A DNA stretch of 43,975 bases. Source: a virus (taxonomy: Duplodnaviria > Caudoviricetes). The translations under genes and the position numbers were made by a program. Under the pieces are notes generated by a model. It ran no database searches. It saw only the letters and a program-made list of their open reading frames with translations, and was not told where the DNA came from. The stretch covers positions 1-43,975 of IMG/VR virus record IMGVR_UViG_3300027575_000006; one strand, given 5' to 3'. Positions 1 to 8,663 of this stretch are shown here, in pieces (positions within the stretch are counted from its first letter, which is position 1; each line of letters begins with the position of its first letter).

Positions 1-1597
1 AAGAAGGGTCAGTAACTTCGACCTCTTCGTGACTGGCACCTTCGACATGTCCATGAGCATAGGGTTTGGTGTAGAGGTTAGGTGGTGGATTCTCAGGATT
101 CTCGTGCTGTATGGCCGGGAGCCACTCAGCCTGCTTCGCCTCGGCGTCTACTTGGTCAATGTCATGGGTGTCATACCACGCCTTCTCGGCGCGTTCGGCG
201 TATTCATGGTGGGCCACCCTGTATGCGGCCTCTGGTTCCATGCCCCCTTTGATGAGGATGTCCATGGCATGCTGCTCGACATTCTCGTGCACTACCCAGG
301 GATCGGCCGGATCGAACGTCACAGTCCCCCCTCGACCCACGCGCCGGGCTACGGTCATCTCGGTAGGCACGTGTCTGTCTATGTATATGGTTGGATCATC
401 AAGGGCAACCGATGCTCCCGCCATGTAAGGTACATCCCTGGTGCGGTCGATAATAGGGAAGTCAATGTTGCGACGCACCTCAGCACTAGCAATAACCCTA
501 TCAACTAGGGAATTCCCTGTGAATGCAGACTCAGACCTGGTAGGATTACGCAGGTCCAGGGACATATTACTTCTTCTAAAATCTCCCTGCCAAACATTGG
601 CTGAAGCAGGACCATGTCTCGCCCCAGTTACTCTTTGCGCCTCAAAGCGCCAGATATCAGGATGCAGTTGTTGGAACAGGCGAAGGGCCTGCCTCATAAC
701 CCTAGGACCTACAGTATTAGGCCCCTCAAAGATATGCTGTCCTTCTTCTGTCTTCCCCAGGAAGTGAAGGGTTACTACCCCAGGACGTTGAAACATAGTA
801 GAGAACTCGGCATCAGCCACATATTCTCCATTGTTGAATATCCTGTAGTTAAATATAGAATCCGCGTTTTCGGCCAACTCTGCGGCCACCTCTGGGGGCA
901 GGACCTGGCGCTCAACAGCCACACCTCTAGGGGACGTACCTTCGCGGGGTCTGGATGCTTCCATAGGCTGGATGCTTCCATTGTCTCGGAAGGGAACTTG
1001 CTCCATAGAGATGGGATTTGGACCAGTGAACTCTATAGGGCGAATAGTATGGGGAACTACTGTTTCTGCCGGCACGGCGGTAGGGATGCCGCTTCGGTTA
1101 AGGAATGCCTCGCCGCCAACTTCTTCCACTTTATTGAACGCCTGCACCACGTTCGAACTTTCAGGATGTCCCCAGATGCCCGTTACCCCTCCCAACCAGT
1201 TGGGTGGCATAGGACGTACTGAGGTATTTCCCATACTCAACATGGCTGCATTAAAAGAGCGACCTATGGTCTGGGGATCAGTGGCAGTCGTCTCCCCTTT
1301 GGCAAACTCCTCCATCAACTTGGCACCGTCCGCAACCGCCAGGAAGGGAGAAAACAGGAGTTGTGTGGCCATCATCTCAGGGATTACGGTCGTGGGACTA
1401 CGTGTGCGCCGATCAGATGTAGTTGGGCGCATACCCTCAGACAGGCGAGTGGCTGCTGCCTGCCTGGCTTCCTCAGCCTCCGTATTAGTGGGAGGTGAGG
1501 CTGATTTAGAAGGTTCAGGTGTAGAGAAGGCCTTCCATGGCTCGATGGGTTGTGGCGTTGGCACAGAAGGCTGAAACTCTTCCCATGGGTTCGCCAT
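1..1597 (-). CDS. Large ejection / internal virion protein (T7 gp16-like position), N-terminal part; continues across the window junction
   Basis: Not in the ORF track. ATG at 1597 overlaps the upstream TAA (TAATG). My translation MANPWEEFQPSVPTPQ...EEVEVTDPS has no stop to position 1 and joins 43975 in frame (...DPSLEAATSPRIEGG...). Confidence 0.85.
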   Translation of the reverse strand, partial: MANPWEEFQPSVPTPQPIEPWKAFSTPEPSKSASPPTNTEAEEARQAAATRLSEGMRPTTSDRRTRSPTTVIPEMMATQLLFSPFLAVADGAKLMEEFAKGETTATDPQTIGRSFNAAMLSMGNTSVRPMPPNWLGGVTGIWGHPESSNVVQAFNKVEEVGGEAFLNRSGIPTAVPAETVVPHTIRPIEFTGPNPISMEQVPFRDNGSIQPMEASRPREGTSPRGVAVERQVLPPEVAAELAENADSIFNYRIFNNGEYVADAEFSTMFQRPGVVTLHFLGKTEEGQHIFEGPNTVGPRVMRQALRLFQQLHPDIWRFEAQRVTGARHGPASANVWQGDFRRSNMSLDLRNPTRSESAFTGNSLVDRVIASAEVRRNIDFPIIDRTRDVPYMAGASVALDDPTIYIDRHVPTEMTVARRVGRGGTVTFDPADPWVVHENVEQHAMDILIKGGMEPEAAYRVAHHEYAERAEKAWYDTHDIDQVDAEAKQAEWLPAIQHENPENPPPNLYTKPYAHGHVEGASHEEVEVTDPS

Positions 1598-3177
1598 TAC
1601 TGCACCTTTATCCAGTTTTGTTCAAGAGCCGGATTACCGCCCTTGAACCGAAAACCACCACGTACCTCTCCCACAGTAGGAACTTTAGGGGTGCTTGGCG
1701 AAGTTGTGGCCAAAGGTTGCGGTGTAGGGGTCAGGGGAAGTCCTCCACCCAATTCTAACCCCCGCAATATGTGGGCATTGAGCATCTCTTCGGGTGTCCG
1801 CTGAAAGGGCTCAAGGGCTTTCGAAATGAGGGACTCTGGGTCCTTGAGGTCGAGCGCGTTGGGTTGTAACTTGCCCTGTCGTCTAGTATCAAGGTACTGC
1901 TGAATGAAGCTCTGGGAGAAGTTAGCCTTGCGCTCCTTGCCCTCAGTATCCAGGTTTGCCCCCAACTTGGAACTCACCGCATCCATAGCCTGTTTGAACA
2001 CTGGGTCTTGGATGGGTTTCTTCTCCAACTCATCATAGAGACCGAGAAACGCTGACTTATCGCGTGGCGACAATTTGTTTTCTATCTCTGCTTTATAGAA
2101 GTCTGATCGCTTAGGGAACTGAGATGGATCATCATTAAATAATTGATTCATAAAACGCTGCACCGTTTCGGAGTCTGAGACCTTTGCCTCACCTTTGCCC
2201 TTAGTGGAATAGTTGTACTCTGCAAGAAGCTCCTTTCTCTCCTCCATGGTACGCTTGTTAGCATGGAAGGTGTCATCACTCATAAGTTTATTACCAAAGC
2301 CAGGAGGTACGTGCCACTCGCCAGTTTCAGGGTCCACATACTCCTTTCTGATCTCATCTGCTTTCTTAGCGGCGGCATCGGCTAAGTCATTCTGCTGTTG
2401 AACTTTGGCAGCCCTGGCATCTGCAAGACCCTGGGCCTTGAATGCCTTAGCTGCTCTCTGAAACTGGAGCAACTCCTGTGTATCTATATACTTGTCATAC
2501 TTACTAATCCAAGGGGGCATTTCCCCGCCCGAACGCTGGAGATAACCGAATACTCCAGCCTTTGCTATGGCCTCCTGCCCTTTGAAGAGAAGTTTGTCAT
2601 CCTTGATTGAACTCTTGGCAGTCTCCATTGCCAGGTCCATGGCCTCTGGTGTTGGATTGGCCATTGCCATGTTGCTGAGGTGGTTCACGGTTGTAGCAGT
2701 ATTGATCATCTGGGCTTCCCCAGTTCGTCGTACTTGATCTGCGGCAATAGTTCGGCTAAAGTGTAGCCGAGTTTCATCTGCAAATGCCTGTGCCTTGTTT
2801 CGAGCCTGCTCCGTGGGTGCGGTATCTATGAACTGGTTGAGGGTCGGCTCTAGGTTTTCACCAATAAACTTCTTACCTATAGAGTCGTTATTGGGGTCCG
2901 AGTTCTTGATGAGATTCTCATACTCAACTGTCTTATTGTAGAGAATGCTTGCTTTAGTAGGTCCTGCTTTAGCCTCCCAACTATCAGTCTGATATTGTAC
3001 ATAGGCATCACCCGCACTCTTAACCGCACTACCTAACTGCTGACCTAGGCGTGCCTCGGACTCTCCCACTTGATTGTAGAACATCCCAATGCGGCGCGCG
3101 GCCTGCGCCGTAGCCTCAATCCCAGTCTCGCTAGGTTGAATGCCGGCGGTCTCAGTGTATTCTCTGATATTAGGCAT
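1597..3177 (-). CDS. Internal virion / ejection protein (gp15-like position)
   Basis: 526 aa, helical and Ala/Gln/Lys-rich; C-terminal VGEVRGGFRFKGGNP...NW motif; synteny after tail tubular B. Confidence 0.65.
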   Translation of the reverse strand: MPNIREYTETAGIQPSETGIEATAQAARRIGMFYNQVGESEARLGQQLGSAVKSAGDAYVQYQTDSWEAKAGPTKASILYNKTVEYENLIKNSDPNNDSIGKKFIGENLEPTLNQFIDTAPTEQARNKAQAFADETRLHFSRTIAADQVRRTGEAQMINTATTVNHLSNMAMANPTPEAMDLAMETAKSSIKDDKLLFKGQEAIAKAGVFGYLQRSGGEMPPWISKYDKYIDTQELLQFQRAAKAFKAQGLADARAAKVQQQNDLADAAAKKADEIRKEYVDPETGEWHVPPGFGNKLMSDDTFHANKRTMEERKELLAEYNYSTKGKGEAKVSDSETVQRFMNQLFNDDPSQFPKRSDFYKAEIENKLSPRDKSAFLGLYDELEKKPIQDPVFKQAMDAVSSKLGANLDTEGKERKANFSQSFIQQYLDTRRQGKLQPNALDLKDPESLISKALEPFQRTPEEMLNAHILRGLELGGGLPLTPTPQPLATTSPSTPKVPTVGEVRGGFRFKGGNPALEQNWIKVQ

Positions 3178-3185
3178 CTAGGTCC

Positions 3186-3674
3186 TCATGTCAGGGTAGC
3201 CATACCAGCCACCGCCTGAATTCCAGCTCCTATAAAAGACCCTACGGCCAGCAATTTCTCGGTCGAAGCGGCCTTGTCAGCAGCATTCTCCATATTGAGG
3301 TATGACTGCTGCTGTTCCTTGTAGGCGTCCTCCTGAACCAACCCTTGTTGCTGGAGAGTTGCCTTTTCAAGGGCACCCTGCTCAGCGCTATCGCGGGCCA
3401 GGTAGATTGCAGAGCCAGAGTCCGCAAACCCCGCTGATGCCACTTCGGACTGCTGGCTAGATAAGGTCTGAAATATGGCACGATTCGCTTGCGCCTCCTT
3501 GATAGCTGTTGCCTCAACTGTATAGGACTCATTTTCTCCGGCTAAGGCTGCTGCTAGGCCATAGTTCTGAGCCTCGGCCTGATCTCCAGCCGCCTTGCTT
3601 AGGTCTCCAATACCTTGGAAGAGATCGCTGGAAGCGTTCCCGAAGTCGGAGAATGTGGTGTTGCTCAGGGCCAT
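3186..3674 (-). CDS. Small internal virion / ejection protein (gp14-like)
   Basis: 162 aa, Ala/Gln-rich with ASAG..DSGS motif and hydrophobic C-terminus; synteny. Confidence 0.7.
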   Translation of the reverse strand: MALSNTTFSDFGNASSDLFQGIGDLSKAAGDQAEAQNYGLAAALAGENESYTVEATAIKEAQANRAIFQTLSSQQSEVASAGFADSGSAIYLARDSAEQGALEKATLQQQGLVQEDAYKEQQQSYLNMENAADKAASTEKLLAVGSFIGAGIQAVAGMATLT

Positions 3675-3675
3675 G

Positions 3676-6600
3676 TCACTTATCCTGGGTACTGAGGAAC
3701 ACAGAGAGAGCTACTATGTTGGCAGGGTAGGGTCGGTTCACTTCCCAGCATAGCATACTGTCAAAGTCACTCTCAGAAGATATAGTGTCCCACCACACCC
3801 CAGAGAAGAGCTGTGCAGGACTCAGATATTGACTCCCGCTACTGATTGTGAAGTTAGCCGGCTTGAGGGTTGCAGCAAAGTCAGTTCCGAACCAGAGGCC
3901 TTGCCCGGTGCCCTCCAAGAGAGCCGCAAATTGCATGGTGCGCCGCTTCTTTCCCAGAGCTGGACCACTGCGGGCACCACTCTCCTGCGGCGTGGCCGCT
4001 CTCACAATCTGTCCCTTGGAGATATAATTGTAACCCACTTGCATGGGAAAATTGCCTACTTGAGCCGTCTGGAGGGTGAACAACCCTGCACCTCCACCTG
4101 TGCCTGCACCGTAACCATCACCGAATGGCACGAATATGGTGCCAGTACCTGACACGAGATAATCGCCACAGTCCAACCCATTGAGCCATGCTGTAACCGT
4201 GTTTCCCTGCTGAGGCCAGAGACCAGTGAGGGTTACACCCCCATATGGCGCTCCACTGGTAGGCGTAGTTGAAATAATGTAACCGCTGGGCGCTAGGACA
4301 TCATCCAGATAGCTAGCCCCCTGGAGAGTCTCCCCCTCATCGACGATTGCCTGGAGTACCTCTACATGGTAGTGCCCAGTAGTGCCATCAAGGACTACCA
4401 GACTAAGACTATCAGTAGTTCCCCCTACGGATGGCCCGACTGCTATACTAACCACCGATCGTTGAGGACCACCAAGCGCATGCTGATGCCACCCATAGAA
4501 CGTCGGTCCCTGAGAGGTCATAAGTGTATCACGTTTGTAAGTGCAACCGGCCAAGGACCCATCGGCCATAAGAGCCCAGATGATTGGAGCAAGTTCCTGT
4601 TGGTAGGCTATGTCGTGGATGCCGGGTTTGGTGATATCCTTGGCTCGGAGAGATAAATTGGGGGCGGTGAACTTACCGGAGAACACGTCGGCGAAGTATT
4701 CCATGAGTTTACGTGTAAAGCGCTGCACGAATACAAGAGTATGCTCAGCTCTGCGAGGTTCTATATTGGCGCACCCGATCTTTGTTACCTGTCTAGCCGA
4801 GATGTTCGTAGGTGTGATACCTCCACTCGTGGGTGCCTGGATGACCCACTCTCCAGCCTGAGTGCCCGCCACTATACCCTGGAGGTCCGGAGTCATCCAG
4901 AATATGGAGTTTACATCCGGTGCGTTGAAGGTGTAAGAGATGCCACTGGCATCCCCAACCGCGCCAGTAGGATCGGTTGGCGCGAAGTCTATGGTGTTAC
5001 CTACAATGCCGTTCGACACACTGGAGTCAACTCGGTTGGGTACTGCTCCTGATAGCCATACGCGCCCATCTGAATATGTACCACAGGTGGGCCATCCAGT
5101 CGTATTGCTATAGACACCCAGTTGCCATGTGTTGATACCTGCCTGGTATAGGAGATTTGGTCCGAGGATTGAAACATTAATACTATTGACTAGAGCCTGT
5201 CCATTGCTGCCAAAAAACTGCACCTGTCCACAGAATATTGTATGGGAAGTATTAGCACTGAAACTAACATCCACTTCCATCCACACATAGGACCAGGCGG
5301 TTGCACTGGTGGAGGATACCTCCACAAATGAGTTAGTGTTAGCAAAGGTCTGAGTTCCTATAACCGTACCGTCTGTAGGGCTAGAGGGCAGTGAGTTGCT
5401 GGCCCTCAGATTCACTGTGACGGAGGTTACAGAGGCAACGCCATATCCGTCATCCTGTGAGGGCCAGTAGACTCCGGCTGTGATCACACTAGGTACTGAC
5501 AGAGCGTAGCCAATGTAACCATCCAATGAAGAGGCACTTGCTGAGTACGCGGCACAGGCATAAGCTTGCTTGTAGAGTGGTCCACCGAACCCAGCCGCCA
5601 AACCCCCGTTGGAAGACATGTTACCCAATAGCGTGCTTCCAGCCACATTTCCGTTGAGCAGGTTGTTAAGTGAAGTAATTCGCCCCCACGTCCAAGTGAA
5701 CGAACCTACTGGAGCTAGTGACCACCAGTTGGGAGCGGTACCAGGTATGATATTATTATTGCCATTTGACAGACACTGCCAGTACGTTGTATTTCCCGGT
5801 ATGCCACTAGGATTATAGGCAACAACTGCCCCGGCGCTATATGTAGCCCCACTTGCCCAGTCTTGGGGTTCTGACAATAGGCGAATAAGGCGACCCACGT
5901 CAGACTGTACAAACCCCTGGCCAGCGTTTATGGTTGATCCAGGCGATGCATACTCCCACTCCGATGGGTTGATGTCTGGCTCAAAAGCATAGTTGGCATC
6001 AATAATCGACTGGTATGTATTACCGTTGTAAATAACCAAGTCCCCGAGAGTATAACTGACTGTGCTCGACCACAGTTGTGCCACCAGGGATACAGTCGTA
6101 TTACCCCCCAAGAGAGTAGGGGTCATGACAATACCAGTCGTGGGTGGGTCTAAATAGGGGCCGTCTAGGAACACCACAGGGTCGAAACTGAACTCCGCAA
6201 ACTGACTATTCGTAGGGGGATTGGTGACTGTGAGCATCTGTGGTGGTACTGTTGGGCACACCAGGACCGACTGAAGATTGGATTGAATAGACCGCACCTG
6301 GGACCATAGAGTACCCGTGTAGGGGGTCGGAATGTTGAGAACTCTATTAACAGTAGCACCACTCGGCAAACCCCCAACTGAAGTTCCATTGATAAGGTCA
6401 CCTGTAACGTCATCAACTATAGTGAAGTTAGTACTGTTGATTACCGTGATGTCAAACGTCCTATTCTGGATGATCGATGCGGAGGTGTGGAGGTGCTCAA
6501 AATATACCTCGTCACCTGTAGACCACCCATGGGCGGCCAAGGTTGTGACCTCAGCAGGAGAGGCCGATGAGACACCAGAGACGTACTGGGGATCATCCGT

Positions 6601-6891
6601 GGTTACTACTTGAGTACCTGTGAAAAAGCGCAGGTATCCTGGCGTAAACTCCATAGTGTAGGCGTTTGATTCCTCGAAGTCAAACTTGATGATCCTTGCC
6701 TTTTGCCCCTTGCGTGTAGTCGAGGCACGGGCACACCCAGGGCGACGAACTACTGGTCCCGGCTCTATGGGAATGCTGTTGTAACAAATATTCATGGCTG
6801 TGCGATACTCGGGGATCGCAAAGTTACCCTGAGCAAACTTCGACCACTGCCCACCAAGAAAGGACGCCTGGACAAAAGATGCATCGGCCAT
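3676..6891 (-). CDS. Tail tubular protein B / nozzle (gp12-like) with inserted domains
   Basis: N-terminal Q.SF.GG..S, N.IP...GPV.RRPG and IKFDFEE..AYTMEF; later GWPT..T..DGR, FVQR..RKL.E, AYQQE..PIIW, GWHQH. Confidence 0.85.
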   Translation of the reverse strand: MADASFVQASFLGGQWSKFAQGNFAIPEYRTAMNICYNSIPIEPGPVVRRPGCARASTTRKGQKARIIKFDFEESNAYTMEFTPGYLRFFTGTQVVTTDDPQYVSGVSSASPAEVTTLAAHGWSTGDEVYFEHLHTSASIIQNRTFDITVINSTNFTIVDDVTGDLINGTSVGGLPSGATVNRVLNIPTPYTGTLWSQVRSIQSNLQSVLVCPTVPPQMLTVTNPPTNSQFAEFSFDPVVFLDGPYLDPPTTGIVMTPTLLGGNTTVSLVAQLWSSTVSYTLGDLVIYNGNTYQSIIDANYAFEPDINPSEWEYASPGSTINAGQGFVQSDVGRLIRLLSEPQDWASGATYSAGAVVAYNPSGIPGNTTYWQCLSNGNNNIIPGTAPNWWSLAPVGSFTWTWGRITSLNNLLNGNVAGSTLLGNMSSNGGLAAGFGGPLYKQAYACAAYSASASSLDGYIGYALSVPSVITAGVYWPSQDDGYGVASVTSVTVNLRASNSLPSSPTDGTVIGTQTFANTNSFVEVSSTSATAWSYVWMEVDVSFSANTSHTIFCGQVQFFGSNGQALVNSINVSILGPNLLYQAGINTWQLGVYSNTTGWPTCGTYSDGRVWLSGAVPNRVDSSVSNGIVGNTIDFAPTDPTGAVGDASGISYTFNAPDVNSIFWMTPDLQGIVAGTQAGEWVIQAPTSGGITPTNISARQVTKIGCANIEPRRAEHTLVFVQRFTRKLMEYFADVFSGKFTAPNLSLRAKDITKPGIHDIAYQQELAPIIWALMADGSLAGCTYKRDTLMTSQGPTFYGWHQHALGGPQRSVVSIAVGPSVGGTTDSLSLVVLDGTTGHYHVEVLQAIVDEGETLQGASYLDDVLAPSGYIISTTPTSGAPYGGVTLTGLWPQQGNTVTAWLNGLDCGDYLVSGTGTIFVPFGDGYGAGTGGGAGLFTLQTAQVGNFPMQVGYNYISKGQIVRAATPQESGARSGPALGKKRRTMQFAALLEGTGQGLWFGTDFAATLKPANFTISSGSQYLSPAQLFSGVWWDTISSESDFDSMLCWEVNRPYPANIVALSVFLSTQDK

Positions 6892-6893
6892 AA

Positions 6894-8402
6894 TCAAATC
6901 CTACAGGTGATATAGTCGTCCTCGGGAGGTTCCTCAGCCCCCGTCTCAATCCCATTCACCAGGCGCGCCTCAGTCATGAACTTCTCATATGCCTTCTCTA
7001 TGTTAATGAGTTTGGCCGTTGACTGCGTCAGCGTCTCACACACTTCGAAGGCGATGCGGGCACCAAGTCCCTCACAAAACATCGGGTCCATGTCGGGAAC
7101 AGAGGTAAAGTCAGCCACAAAGCGGAACGTTATGGGGTCTATCTCACGAGTTACCAGGTAATTGGCCTCGAATTCCCAGTCGTTGTACATGAGTCCTGTG
7201 GGGGCGCCGAGGAACGACACAGAGCCTGCCTTAGGGTCTTGTGGTGCCTCTCTTAGGAAGGCAGCAGGCAATCGGTATACATTACGAGTCTGGGCCTGGC
7301 TGGATGGCCCGGAGCCAACTGGGTACATGAGAGTACCCTCACTAAGGCCAACACCCATCGGAAACGCTGCACCGCCGATCTGGAGCCAGTATTGGTTGCC
7401 GCTTCCCCCAACGAACGAGGTCGTCCATGCTGTAGGAGTGCTCACGGGCGGTTGGTTAATGTTGAGGTCTATGAGGCTGAGGTAGGCTATGCCTCCTGTC
7501 AGTGGTGCCCAGAAAGATGTATTGCTGGGCAGGTTCATAGTATTATTACTGGCTAGGGATACATACTGCACCGCGTTCCACAGGATGAATTGCCCAAGAG
7601 AGTAGTTCGTACTGTACACCCACTCCATGATAGGAGAAGATGTAACTGGGGCAGGAGGAGTCATCGTGGGAACTTGTAGCGTAGCAATAGTTACCGTAGG
7701 TACTCTTGCCCACTTAGTCGAGTTGACATTTGGTGTGTTGCCCAGATTCGCACTGATGAGTGAAGCGTAGGTATTGCCATCGGTGTAGGAAACCGTCGCA
7801 CCTTTCCCATAGCTTGTGCCCCCAACCCAAGCAGGATACACCATCACCACCTGATTCTGGAAATATGTGGTATTAGGAGCCCAGAGGTTGGGAAGTCCGG
7901 GGTCCAAGTAATTGGAACTTACCATTGATCGGTAGACATTGAAGGTACCATTCCCCGCTGCCGTATAGACCACTTCTCCAGAATAATATGCCTGACTTCC
8001 ATCATAAAGCATTACCGATAGTGGACCAAAGTAGGGACCCCATAGTCCGGCCTGCCCGTAAGCACCAGGTGTATTACCAAGGTTACTTGGTACAAGACTT
8101 TCCCAGAGAGTACCCGACTGATCCACTACTATTGAACCTACATAGTAGGTCACCATACTGGACCATAAGGCAGGGGCCAGGAGCATGGTGTTAGTGTCCA
8201 TCGGGCGAAGGACTGCCTTACGCGTAGCAAAGCGCCACACATTGCGCCGCAACTCGGCTTGCCGGAGCTTGTCATAACAGGAGGATATCTGGACCGCTCT
8301 CTGACTATTCTCTGTGAACCCCTGAGAGACATTGATTAGGGGCACACCGCAGTGCTGACAAGCTCGATTCCCTATATCAACAGATGATGTAAATGCACTC
8401 AT
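6894..8402 (-). CDS. Tail tubular protein A / adaptor (gp11-like) with inserted CBM5/12-like repeats
   Basis: N-terminal VDIGNRA..H.G and YDKLRQAELR..VWRFA; C-terminal YRLP..FLR and MDPMF.E.L.AR.A.E.CE.LTQS; middle made of W...Y..G..V....Y.S...N...P...W repeats. Confidence 0.85.
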   Translation of the reverse strand: MSAFTSSVDIGNRACQHCGVPLINVSQGFTENSQRAVQISSCYDKLRQAELRRNVWRFATRKAVLRPMDTNTMLLAPALWSSMVTYYVGSIVVDQSGTLWESLVPSNLGNTPGAYGQAGLWGPYFGPLSVMLYDGSQAYYSGEVVYTAAGNGTFNVYRSMVSSNYLDPGLPNLWAPNTTYFQNQVVMVYPAWVGGTSYGKGATVSYTDGNTYASLISANLGNTPNVNSTKWARVPTVTIATLQVPTMTPPAPVTSSPIMEWVYSTNYSLGQFILWNAVQYVSLASNNTMNLPSNTSFWAPLTGGIAYLSLIDLNINQPPVSTPTAWTTSFVGGSGNQYWLQIGGAAFPMGVGLSEGTLMYPVGSGPSSQAQTRNVYRLPAAFLREAPQDPKAGSVSFLGAPTGLMYNDWEFEANYLVTREIDPITFRFVADFTSVPDMDPMFCEGLGARIAFEVCETLTQSTAKLINIEKAYEKFMTEARLVNGIETGAEEPPEDDYITCRI

Positions 8403-8659
8403 TGGGGCGGCTGAGTAGAAGGTGACTGAGTAGACGGTGAGACCGGAACACGTCTTCGCGCTTGCTGCGCCTCATTCTCCAGTTGCTCTAAGAATTGGAT
8501 GATTGGTAGAACATTCTTGAATTTTGGACCTTCCAACCCTGAGATCATGTCATAGAGATGCATATAGGCGTATTGATCGATTGTAACTGGGGCGAACACC
8601 TGTGCAGTTGTAGGCGCAACTAAAACCAGCAGGGCCAGGCAGACAAAAAGCGCTTTCAT
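8399..8659 (-). CDS. Small signal-peptide-bearing protein, possible fibre chaperone
   Basis: Start revised to ATG 8659 (SD GGAGG); MKALFVCLALLVLVAPTTA|Q; short helical mature part; directly downstream of the fibre. Confidence 0.65.
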   Translation of the reverse strand: MKALFVCLALLVLVAPTTAQVFAPVTIDQYAYMHLYDMISGLEGPKFKNVLPIIQFLEQLENEAQQARRRVPVSPSTQSPSTQPPQ

Positions 8660-8663
8660 TTTT

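Noticed and set aside
951-981. 14-nt direct repeat CTGGATGCTTCCAT with 17-nt period
   Set aside because: Two copies only, inside an open linker-coding region; likely a local duplication
29-1804. Several + strand ORFs of 70-200 aa
   Set aside because: Antisense to the long minus-strand ejection genes; no SDs or motifs
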